DNA from: a virus
Virus record (IMG/VR): IMGVR_UViG_3300044982_000128
Coordinates: 12,839-76,838 of that record
Length of the DNA: 64,000 nucleotides
Reading direction: 5' to 3' (one strand)
Shown: positions 48,173 to 57,294 of the stretch, piece by piece
Layout: the number at the start of each line of letters is the position of its first letter
How positions within the stretch are numbered: position 1 is the stretch's first letter
Notes under the pieces: generated by a model
Database searches by the model: none
What the model saw: only the letters and a program-made list of their open reading frames with translations
Told to the model about the DNA's origin: nothing
Made by a program: the position numbers and the translations under genes

Positions 48173-50210
48173 TGGCTCGAAAAATTCATCACGACATCCA
48201 TGTACCCTATAAGAAGCTGGGTGAGTTGTCCCCTGCCGAGTTGCTTGCTGTCGAAGGTCCGAAGTTCGTTACAAAGGATCACAAGACTTTGGCTGTTTTG
48301 ATTTCGCATGACAAGTGGAAGAAGTTGAACCATGGTCTACCTAACGTTAATCCTCACAAGGTTATGAAATTTCTTGTTGGGGAGCAAAACTACTTAGTTA
48401 TTCCTGTCGAGCGCTACGGTTCTACGCTGTTTCAAGCTAAGCCGGAAACGGGATTGATGATCTTTACTGGTATACCAAAAAAGAAAGCTAAGTCATGAGC
48501 CAAAAGTACGAAGACATCCTCAAAAATTCTGTCGAGAAGCTCTCCCTCGGCCCCAACGATATTCTCATTGTGAAGTCGCAGGAAGCGATGTCTACCTTTT
48601 TGGAGATGACGCAGGCTGGCATCGGCTTTTCTCAGTATGCGAATCCGATTCTGCTCGTCCCCGGCGGTCTGGAGAAGGCAACGCGGGAGGATCTGCTGGA
48701 CGCGATCCGGATTCTGGATGAGCAGGAAGCTCAGATGGGAAAGAACGAAGCAGAGGTTTCACGGATCATTACGGATTTGCATGGGCCGATGATCAGGAAG
48801 GCTCAATGAAAGAGACATTGTGGAGAGCAGCGAAGTGGAATCGGATTACGTGGCTGTGCGATCGCTCAGACTTTTTAGCGTGGCGTCCATGTGAAAATGG
48901 TGGGGGTATAGAAGTGCTGGCCTACAACTACGCATTGCTTCAAATTCCGTCTGGAGACGGTCTTTTCTCTGTTGAGATTGCTCCGTCATTGGAAGCTATC
49001 GGCGGCAAGTCTGATGAAGCGCCAGTCTAAATTCGTCATCACTAATTCGGTTCCTTCGGTAGATGAAATGGGCCGTCGTCTTGGGATGAGCAAGCGGCGT
49101 ATCGAGAGAGTAAAAAAGATCATGGCTGCGAAGCCTTCGCAAAGAAAGGTTCAATAATGTCAATCCATTCTATTCTTCATCCGCGAGTTCCTTGTTGCGC
49201 GCTGATCTTTCTCGACCCCGCCCATCAGTCAAACACCTATTGCCAGCGTGAACTGGGCCACCCGGACGAGGCAGTGAAGGGCTTCCCCGGCGGGCACAAC
49301 ATTGTCGATGCGCCTCCTGTAGGAAAGAAATGACCAAGCCTCTTTCGCCTTTGCATCGTCCGCTGGATATCATCGACGCCAGTGACATAGGAGAGCCCTA
49401 CGTCCCTCCTTCTCCTCCTCCGATCCCCTCGCGCATCGCGCGTCTCGCCCAGCTTGATTCCCATTCGCTCTCCGGGCGCCAGCACTCGCTCGGCCCCGGC
49501 GGGGCGTCAGCGATGTTCACGCAAGCGGTGCAGCGAGCGTTGGTTGAAGAGATGGCTGCGCAGTTGCGTCTTTCGCCAGTCGAGACAGAAGGTTACGACA
49601 GCGAAATTGGTAAATGGGCACAAGCAATCATCGCAGCATTTTGTGAGGAGTAGCCCCATGTGCTCGATATGTGACAGCTTCAAAAAGCGAACTGGGTACG
49701 CAGGACAGAAGTATGCGGTTTACTACACGCGAGATGGTGTTGAGTCCAAGATGGGCTGGCAGAATCAAGCATCCGGTGGATTGGAAGACTCCGCCAAGTT
49801 GATGCCCGGCGTGACGGCGACGCGCATCGCAGAGGTCGAGTGCTGCCAGATCGAATACGGTAAGGAGCACTGCGGTGGTGATTGTACCTGTCATGTGTGC
49901 GCACCCGATTTACACGAGCGGGATGCAGCTTTGGAGAAGGATTGATGGACTCCATCTCTCCGGTCCTGACAGACGCTGAAGTCCTCGCCGAGCAGGTCGT
50001 CGCGCTCGGGCAGGATGAATTCTATCCGATCGTGGTTGCTCGGGTGATCTTCGAGGGCGGGGCTCTGGGGTCGTTAGTCCGGTTTCGGTTCAGTGATGCG
50101 GAGCGGGAGTTGATCGCGGCGGGTGCTGATTTGATATTGGGGCAGCCGCATCACGGTCCGATGATGCCAGTCAGTCTGCAGTTGGCGATGCCGGGAGAGT
50201 ATCCCTCGAA

Positions 50211-50293
50211 TGAGGTATAATTATGGGGTCAGGGAGCTTGAACTCCCGGCCAAGACCTCATCGTTCTGGAGGAACGACTATGACCCCACAAAG
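50211..50293 (+). promoter_or_regulatory. TATAAT plus two-hairpin leader, copy 2
   Basis: TGAGGTATAAT; GGGAG/CTCCC hairpin; TCGTTC-TGGAG-GAACGA hairpin over the SD; then ATGACC. Confidence 0.75.
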
Positions 50294-50774
50294 AGCATAC
50301 CGCATTAAAGAGGCAGTCTGTTATTTTACAGACAAAAACAACAAGCGTGCTGTGATGCGCGATGTTGTATTGGGAGAAGTCATCACTCCGCGGATCGAGC
50401 ATATTTTCTCCAAAGGTCAGTGCCACGCTCTTGCAGTCGCGTTGCATGAGATTCTTGGGTGGGAAGTGATGGGCGTGTATAGTTTTTGGGGCGACGGTCC
50501 TCGTCACACGTATCATTACGTCATTCAGTGCCCGGATCATCGTGGTGATGCGGACATTCATGGAATCCGTTGTCTCGACCACGGTTTGCGAAAGGCGAAT
50601 GTAGGCGTGATCCTCGGTGGAAGGGTTAGAGGATTTTTGCCTCCAGCAATGAACTTCGCCAGACACTACGCCAAGATTATTGCTCCTGAGATTCAGAAGC
50701 AGTGGGATGCTCTGAAAGCGGGGAAGTCCAAGCCTCGGTGGACGTTGTGTTCGGAAGGATATGACGATAAATAA
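50280..50774 (+). CDS. Hypothetical protein directly upstream of terL
   Basis: GGAGG RBS; G.CHALA.AL...H....D.HG motif (Cys-His-Asp). Confidence 0.55.
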   Translation: MTPQRAYRIKEAVCYFTDKNNKRAVMRDVVLGEVITPRIEHIFSKGQCHALAVALHEILGWEVMGVYSFWGDGPRHTYHYVIQCPDHRGDADIHGIRCLDHGLRKANVGVILGGRVRGFLPPAMNFARHYAKIIAPEIQKQWDALKAGKSKPRWTLCSEGYDDK

Positions 50775-53668
50775 TGCCCCTCGATCTTCAACACGTAGAA
50801 AAATTCTTTACTCGTCTGCACATAAGAGATAGAGATGAGGGAACGTTTGTCCCTTTCACACTTCGTCCTCAGCAGCAAGAGATATTTCACTTAGCTAAAG
50901 AGCATCTGGCGCGGCGTCGTAGATTATTTATTATCTTCCTCAAAGCTCGTCGTCTCGGAATTTCTACGATTGCGACAGGACTTGGGCAAGCACATTGCAT
51001 TGCACATCCTGGGTCGATGGCTCGCTGCATTGCACAGAATGCGAAAGTAGCCTCCGCTAACTTCGAAATGGCCAGCAGTTTTTTCAAGGATTGTCGTGAC
51101 CTATATCCCGGTGCAGCTAAGCCCACCAAGTCTCTACTTGTATGGCCGCATTCTGACGGACCTGACTCTACTTTTGAGCATCATACCGCAGCTACGGTTC
51201 ACGGTCAGCGCGGGTTAACTTCATCTTTCATTCATTTAACCGAAGCAGCGTTTTATCCCTACGAAGGGGTGTTCACGAGTTTGCTCAATACGCTAAGCAT
51301 GGATAAAAACAACGCCTGCTTGGTCGAAACCACTGCTAACGGCCAAGAAGGCCCTGGCGAAGCGTACTACCAGTATTGGGAAGCGGCGATGTCGGGAGAG
51401 AATGAGTTTCTTCCCATCTTCCTGCCGTGGTGGGACGATCCGGCGTATGTGTTGCCTGAAGAACTTGCTCAAGACGCTCCTCGTGATGAGTATGAGAAGC
51501 GTTTAATGAATGATATCAGACACTGGAAGACAGGAAAGAAAGTTAAGTTAGGTAAAGATCGCATTGCGTGGTTTCGCGAAACACTCTCCACACGCTGCGA
51601 AGGCATCCTAGAAAAATTTCGAGCTGAATATCCGTCAGACCCGCAGGAAGCCTTCATCGCTACAGGCAACCCCGCGTTCACCATCGAAGAGATACAGTTC
51701 GCGGAGAATGCAGTCGTCAAGATTCCTCCGTTCCGTGGTCGATGCGTGCTCTCTTCTGATCTCAAGCATGGTGAATTACAGAAGGGAACGGACGGGCCGC
51801 TTGTAGTGTACGAGACCCCGCAAAAAGGCCATCACTATTTTGCTGGCGTAGATTCAGCCCGTGGTGAAGAAAACACGATGGCTCCTGGTGACTATGCGGC
51901 TATCGTGGTGTGGAACGCGGAGACTGGAGATCTAGCGGCACGGTACATGTCTCGCGTATCACCTGAAGAGTTGGCACCTGTCGCCGCAGCCCTTGGTTAC
52001 TATTTCAACGGTGCCATGCTCAATGTCGAGTTGAACAACATCGGTTATGTGACGATGCGTGAACTTCGTGATCGTCTCTACTACCCGAATCAGTATATCT
52101 GGAAGGGCCGTGACGACCGCGTGGATCGCTCGAAGCAAGGTGTGGCCTACGGATTTGAGACTTCCGATCGCTATCGGAAGATGATGTTCTCTATGTTTCG
52201 TAATTCTCTTTATCGCAAAGAGGTCGTGCCGAAGGATCGTGTATTCGTGGATCAGATGAAGAAAGCGAAGATGGAAATGGCTTGGCGCTGGAATGTTGCA
52301 GTTGGCCACGATGATGTTCTTATGTGTCTCAATCCAAAAGAGTTAGTAGAAACTCAAGATGGATTAAAACACATTTGTGATATTCGGCCAAGTGAATTCG
52401 TGCGGACCCACACAGGTGAACTCCATCAAGTTCAAGGTGTCATGTCGCGTGAAGTCAATGAGGAAATGATTCACGTTGGTGTGATGGGAAATCCCGAGCC
52501 CACAAGTACGACAAGTAACCACCCTTACTATGTGTGTCGGTACGAATGGAACAAACGCAACGGGGAACTAACTAGAACCAAAAAACAGGTCGAGATGCCG
52601 TCATGGAAGGCGGCGTCTGATGTACGCCTTGGGGATTCAGTGTTGTTTCCAAAGAGAAAGAATCTTCCTCTTGCCAGTCTTCCTCTCGACCAGTTATGGA
52701 TTTTGGGTTGGTACTTAGCTGAGGGTTCACGTTGCCGCAGGATTAAAAAAAGTCAAATGGCATTTTCGATTTCATTTGGATTGAACTCTTCGGAACGTAG
52801 TGTGGCGGAGCGGATATGCGAAATTTTGATTAAGTACGATCCTCCTTCCAAATCTAATCAGAAGTCTCCGCGCATAGAAGACGTAAAAGGAAAAAATGCA
52901 ATTCGTGTGAATTATAGTTCACGGTATTGGCATGCTTTTTTTACTAAATTGGCTGGCGGTTTGCAACAAGTTCGTAAAATCGATTCCTCAGTCTACAACT
53001 GTTCTGGGCTTTTGCCTCTCGTAGCTGCTTTCATGTCCGGTGATGGGTCTCAGCCAAAAGGACAGCGTCATGCAGTTCACGGGAGTAGTACATCGCGTGT
53101 ACTCATTCACCAGATCAGACAGATCATGATAGATGAAGGTATTTGGTCTACAATCCACAAACCGAAAAATCAGGAAATTTGGGTATTGTGCGCGAGCGCT
53201 GAGTTTATTGAACGCTTTGTAGGTATTTCGAAATTTCATTCTATCGAGCACGAGAGAAAATTTCACAAGCGCCATGTCGTAGAAACTGACGAAGGATTCT
53301 GGGCTCCGATCAAATCTCTCGAACTCGTTCCCTACTCGGGTCTGGTGTTCAATCTGGATGTTGAAGGTGACCACACATATCAGGCGCAGGGTGTGGCGGT
53401 CCACAACTCCGGCTTCCTTGGATGGATCGCAAAAGAGCAGAACCATCAGTTTGCGTGCCAGCACAGATCAAGCAAAAACACCATGATGTCCAAAGAAGAA
53501 TTAGAAACCGCGGGGTTTCAACCTGCACGAGGTCAGATGCCTGAATGGCTCAAAGATCCAAGCGTCACCGGAGCCGGGATGCTGTTGACGAGCGGCAACG
53601 ATCATCTTAAGAAATTGGAGATCTACGCGAAGAAAAAACAGCGGATGAATCGGTTGGAGTGGGTATGA
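50774..53668 (+). CDS. terL: Terminase large subunit (intein-containing)
   Basis: LKARRLGIST Walker A, HLTEAAF Walker B, ETTANG, EYP....EAF, GVD, HDD nuclease motifs. Confidence 0.93.
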   Translation: MPLDLQHVEKFFTRLHIRDRDEGTFVPFTLRPQQQEIFHLAKEHLARRRRLFIIFLKARRLGISTIATGLGQAHCIAHPGSMARCIAQNAKVASANFEMASSFFKDCRDLYPGAAKPTKSLLVWPHSDGPDSTFEHHTAATVHGQRGLTSSFIHLTEAAFYPYEGVFTSLLNTLSMDKNNACLVETTANGQEGPGEAYYQYWEAAMSGENEFLPIFLPWWDDPAYVLPEELAQDAPRDEYEKRLMNDIRHWKTGKKVKLGKDRIAWFRETLSTRCEGILEKFRAEYPSDPQEAFIATGNPAFTIEEIQFAENAVVKIPPFRGRCVLSSDLKHGELQKGTDGPLVVYETPQKGHHYFAGVDSARGEENTMAPGDYAAIVVWNAETGDLAARYMSRVSPEELAPVAAALGYYFNGAMLNVELNNIGYVTMRELRDRLYYPNQYIWKGRDDRVDRSKQGVAYGFETSDRYRKMMFSMFRNSLYRKEVVPKDRVFVDQMKKAKMEMAWRWNVAVGHDDVLMCLNPKELVETQDGLKHICDIRPSEFVRTHTGELHQVQGVMSREVNEEMIHVGVMGNPEPTSTTSNHPYYVCRYEWNKRNGELTRTKKQVEMPSWKAASDVRLGDSVLFPKRKNLPLASLPLDQLWILGWYLAEGSRCRRIKKSQMAFSISFGLNSSERSVAERICEILIKYDPPSKSNQKSPRIEDVKGKNAIRVNYSSRYWHAFFTKLAGGLQQVRKIDSSVYNCSGLLPLVAAFMSGDGSQPKGQRHAVHGSSTSRVLIHQIRQIMIDEGIWSTIHKPKNQEIWVLCASAEFIERFVGISKFHSIEHERKFHKRHVVETDEGFWAPIKSLELVPYSGLVFNLDVEGDHTYQAQGVAVHNSGFLGWIAKEQNHQFACQHRSSKNTMMSKEELETAGFQPARGQMPEWLKDPSVTGAGMLLTSGNDHLKKLEIYAKKKQRMNRLEWV
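52325..53407 (+). mobile_element. Intein (361 aa) with LAGLIDADG endonuclease
   Basis: Starts CLNPKELVET, has T.NHPY block B, LGWYLAEG and FMSGDG blocks, ends VFNLDVEGDHTY...VHN followed by Ser. Confidence 0.93.
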
Positions 53669-54072
53669 AAACTAAAACAAAGCCGATCGTTCTTCTAACG
53701 AATGTAGCTTTGCGGAGGTTTTGCAACTCGGCTAACAAGCGTTATTTTGGTGGCAGATTACCGATAGCCAAAATATCGTTCTCTTCCAGACTGAGGGCAG
53801 ATTGGCATGGAAGAACTTTCATATGCGTGTATGACGTAAAACAGGCGGACGGGCGTCGGACGGAATTCGAGATGAGTCACATTGAAATAAGTTATAAACT
53901 TAAACGGGCGCGGGATTTGTGCATGATGACTGTGTATCACGAGATGGTCCATGCGGAACTGAATATGTTGGGTTTTCGCGGTAAGGATCTTAAATGCAGA
54001 AAGAGTTCAGTTCTGTTTAATCGACGCATGACAGAGTTGGCGCAAGCTGGTGCTTTCAATGGACTGTGGTGA
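53665..54072 (+). CDS. SprT-like zinc metalloprotease
   Basis: N..YFGG.LP and HEMVH (HExxH). Confidence 0.8.
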   Translation: MKTKTKPIVLLTNVALRRFCNSANKRYFGGRLPIAKISFSSRLRADWHGRTFICVYDVKQADGRRTEFEMSHIEISYKLKRARDLCMMTVYHEMVHAELNMLGFRGKDLKCRKSSVLFNRRMTELAQAGAFNGLW

Positions 54073-54083
54073 GTGAGAGAGCA

Positions 54084-55244
54084 ATGACCAATGATCGAAC
54101 AAAACAACAACCAACTGATCCTGACCTTTCCGACGGAAGCCTCAGCGACGACCTTCGCAGCTTTCTTGGCAACGCTCCTTCAGAATCCAAGTCAACAACC
54201 CCCCGCACCCGCCAGCTCCGATCCACCTTCCGACCAACAGCGTTCTCGACACACAGTCCTGACGGACGACCGATTGGAACAACTCTCGAATCAGCGAGCA
54301 CAGGGCCTGACGGCGCACCAGCGCCTGCTGTGCGCGCAAAGCACTTTAAGGGATGGCGTACTGCCGTTCTCGAAGCCAGGCCAGCAGGCTCCGCAACCGA
54401 CAAACCAGCCCAGTCCACGGATGCGAGCCCAGCAGGAGGGCGGGTTCGCGGACGGGGGCGCGGTCGCAGTGCGACCAACAGCGCCGCAGTTGCCGGCCGG
54501 CGAGGTCGTCCAAAGAAAGACCAGACTCAGACCCGCGGCGTCGAAGCTGCCGCCAGGCCAATAGAGCATGCTATCCCGCTTGGAGTCCGTGTGACGATCA
54601 CCGACCCGTCACACCCATGGCACACGTTCGCGGGAGAGATCATCAGTGACCCGGAGATGTTCGGCCTTGGGTGGCTCGGGCAGCGGATCGTACTGGACGG
54701 CAACCATGGAGAGGCTTACGTAAGGCCGGAGCAGACGGATTGGAAGAGGAAACCTGGTCGGCCTGTTGCGGTTAAAGCCCCAGCCCTCCCCAAAGCCATC
54801 CAAAAGTTAGTTCCCAAATCTGAGGCATCCGCGCCTCGCGTTATCGTCCCTACCGAGACCGAGCGCTCCGATGCCCGGCGCCTGTTCCGCGAGATCGGCG
54901 AGACGTTCAACAAGAACCGGAAGAAGTCGAAGACAGCGGCCTACGCCGCCTTCCGTCACGACCTGATGGCGAACCTCGACACCCTGATCATGGGCGGCGC
55001 GATCGATCTGAAGGAAGCGACGACGATCATCACCAATCTCGAGCAGTACACCAAAGAGACCGAGGCGGAATCGACGGAGACGCCGGCGACGATCCTTGGC
55101 CGCTGGCTGCGGATGGACGCAGCGGAGATTGCCGGGTTGGAGGCGGGTGAGCTTGGCGAGTTAGTTGCGAACGAACCAGACGAGGACGACGAAGAGGAAG
55201 AATTGACCGAAGTGGATCTGGGCGGCGAATCCGTTTTCTCTTAG
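54084..55244 (+). CDS. Hypothetical protein with AT-hook-like motifs, SH3/KOW-like domain and acidic tail
   Basis: GRRGRPKK, KPGRP, GVRVTITDPSHPW; true start uncertain because of the overlap with 54091-54564. Confidence 0.5.
   Translation: MTNDRTKQQPTDPDLSDGSLSDDLRSFLGNAPSESKSTTPRTRQLRSTFRPTAFSTHSPDGRPIGTTLESASTGPDGAPAPAVRAKHFKGWRTAVLEARPAGSATDKPAQSTDASPAGGRVRGRGRGRSATNSAAVAGRRGRPKKDQTQTRGVEAAARPIEHAIPLGVRVTITDPSHPWHTFAGEIISDPEMFGLGWLGQRIVLDGNHGEAYVRPEQTDWKRKPGRPVAVKAPALPKAIQKLVPKSEASAPRVIVPTETERSDARRLFREIGETFNKNRKKSKTAAYAAFRHDLMANLDTLIMGGAIDLKEATTIITNLEQYTKETEAESTETPATILGRWLRMDAAEIAGLEAGELGELVANEPDEDDEEEELTEVDLGGESVFS
54091..54564 (+). CDS. Gln/Pro-rich protein overlapping the previous ORF in another frame
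   Basis: Protein-like N-terminus MIEQNNNQLILTFPTEASATTFAAFL. Confidence 0.45.
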   Translation: MIEQNNNQLILTFPTEASATTFAAFLATLLQNPSQQPPAPASSDPPSDQQRSRHTVLTDDRLEQLSNQRAQGLTAHQRLLCAQSTLRDGVLPFSKPGQQAPQPTNQPSPRMRAQQEGGFADGGAVAVRPTAPQLPAGEVVQRKTRLRPAASKLPPGQ

Positions 55245-55289
55245 TGTTATGGCGTAAAACCCCGCATTTCCTCCACACACATTATCCTT
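55238..55289 (+). promoter_or_regulatory. Putative late promoter, copy 1
   Basis: CTCTTAGTGTTATGG-N30-TATCCTT, repeated at 59318. Confidence 0.65.
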
Positions 55290-55320
55290 TCAGCCAGTAC
55301 CGTTTACCGGAGGAATCGCC

Positions 55321-56882
55321 TTGTCTGAAATGACTCGCACTAAATATTCGACCACGGCGCCCGCCGGGTTCTCCTCCGACCTCCCCCAGAATCCGCGCAA
55401 GGAATACAATTCCGCCGAGGCACGGCCCTCCGGACGCTCCGGTGGCGGGCCTGCCGTTTCGACTCCTCATCGCGTGTCCAGCTCTCGTCGGGGGAAGAGA
55501 AGGAGCGAGCGCGCATGATGGACGATCCGGAAGTCACGATCGAGCCTGCCGACAACGGCTACATTGTCAAGCACTACCAGCGTTCGACCAAGAAAGACGA
55601 GAGCGGCCGCACCATCCGCCGCGTCGCTTCGACCGCTGAAGAGGCGCTGGGTCACGCAGGCAAGGTGCTCAGTACCAAAACCAGCAAGAAGAAATCCTCT
55701 CGGGATGGGCAGGCAGATGAAGCGGGGGAGTCGTCTTCAGCCCCCGCTGCCCATTCCTTCGGCAAGCATTCCCGTGGCTCGGCCCGGCGTCGCCGTCCTC
55801 GTGCCGGCAGGCGGGCATGAAATTGGCTCAGGCAGGAGGATGTGTGGATCCGATCACACCTGTTGTGAATACAAACAAGGCGAGTAGCCTCAGCGCGATT
55901 CAGTTCAAGGGAGAAGTTGAGAAAGATGGAACTTTCGCAGGTTTCCCTACGCGCGAGGATCCTTCTCGCCATCCGATTGAGATTGCTGTGCTTGTTCCTA
56001 CGGCAAATGGCGGAACTCCGGCTTTCCCTGGAGATTGGATTGTGAGTACCGATGGAAATTTGTCGGTCGTTTCCGGCTCGATTTTTGCATCGCATTACAG
56101 GTTATCGGCGTCGTCCAAGCCTGATCCATCGTTGCCATCGGCTCCGCCTGTTCGACCTGCCTGGCGGCTCACACCACAGCAAATCGCCGGGCAAAAGGCC
56201 GCTGCGGCTGCGCGGCAGGCTGAAATAATGAAGTAGTTCGTCGTCGTTTGCAAGCGGGAGGCGGTAGATGAAGAAGGAAAGTCGGGGTTGCGGCATGCCG
56301 GAAAAAGACGAGAGCCCGGAGTACGAGGCGAAAAATCACTCCACTGCTTTTCTGCGTAAAGCCGTCCGCGCGTCGGAGAAGAAATCTTCGAAGCGTTCCA
56401 GAAAGCGAGCTTGATCATGCCCCAGGACTCTTCCGGTCCCGCCAGCACTCTGCTTACGATTCCTCGCATATTGGGTCGCTTAGGTAATCGTTTCGATCCG
56501 CCCGCTCCCGCGCGGATAGATCCTTCCTGGCACAACGATATGGTGCAGCAGGCCAATCGATCGTTTCAGGCGCGGCAGGATGCGGAACGGGCTGCTGCCG
56601 CAGCGGCAGCTACAGCGCCGGCGCCAAACACCGTGAAGCGCGTTCCGAAGCGCACTCCAGCGCGGCCGGCGGCAAAGCGGAGGTAGTTCGATGCCATGGA
56701 CTTCGCGCGACGTTTCGAAACACAATAAGTCAGTAAAATCGCCAAAGCGTAGGCGCCAGTGGAGTGAAGTCGCAAACTCCATTCTTGAACGAACCGGTGA
56801 CGATGCCCGCGCGATTCGCGGTGCCAATTCAGCAGTGAAGAAGTCCAAGTCTCGTCGCACCAGAAAGAGTGTCCGTCCATGA
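55321..56882 (+). other. Cluster of small proteins, mostly with Arg/Lys-rich C-termini (55321-55518, 55515-55820, 55817-56236, 56268-56414, 56417-56686, 56691-56882)
   Basis: Coupled ORFs with RBSs; tails such as RRGKRRSERA, RRRRPRAGRRA, KKSSKRSRKRA, KKSKSRRTRK. Confidence 0.65.
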
Positions 56883-57250
56883 TTTCTCGTTTCCTCAAAA
56901 TCGTTGTCCTCTCCGTTGTAGTTTTATCCTGCGCTCTGAGCGCCTGGGCGACGACTCCACGTCTGATTCAGGTCACGCTCGGAACAGGTGCGACGCAGGT
57001 ATCCGTCACTCCCGCCTACTTTAACCAGATGACAATTCAGAACAACTCCGCGCACAACTGTCGGTACGGAGATTCAACAACCAGCGTAACGACTCCTGCC
57101 GCAGTGAATGGTGGCACGGCAGGTAAGGGGATTCTTCTCACTCCGGGTGGGGCGGGTTCGACTGGCACAGTTTCCGGTCAGCAGGGGGACGCGAGTCAGT
57201 TCTATATCGCTGGGACTCAAGGCGATGTCATTGATGTTTTGGTGTGGTAG
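56879..57250 (+). CDS. Signal-peptide beta-rich protein in the head module
   Basis: MISRFLKIVVLSVVVLSCALSAWA leader. Confidence 0.6.
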   Translation: MISRFLKIVVLSVVVLSCALSAWATTPRLIQVTLGTGATQVSVTPAYFNQMTIQNNSAHNCRYGDSTTSVTTPAAVNGGTAGKGILLTPGGAGSTGTVSGQQGDASQFYIAGTQGDVIDVLVW

Positions 57251-57294
57251 CAGGCTGAAGCAGTGTTACGCTTGGGAGGAAAGAGGGTAAGGCC

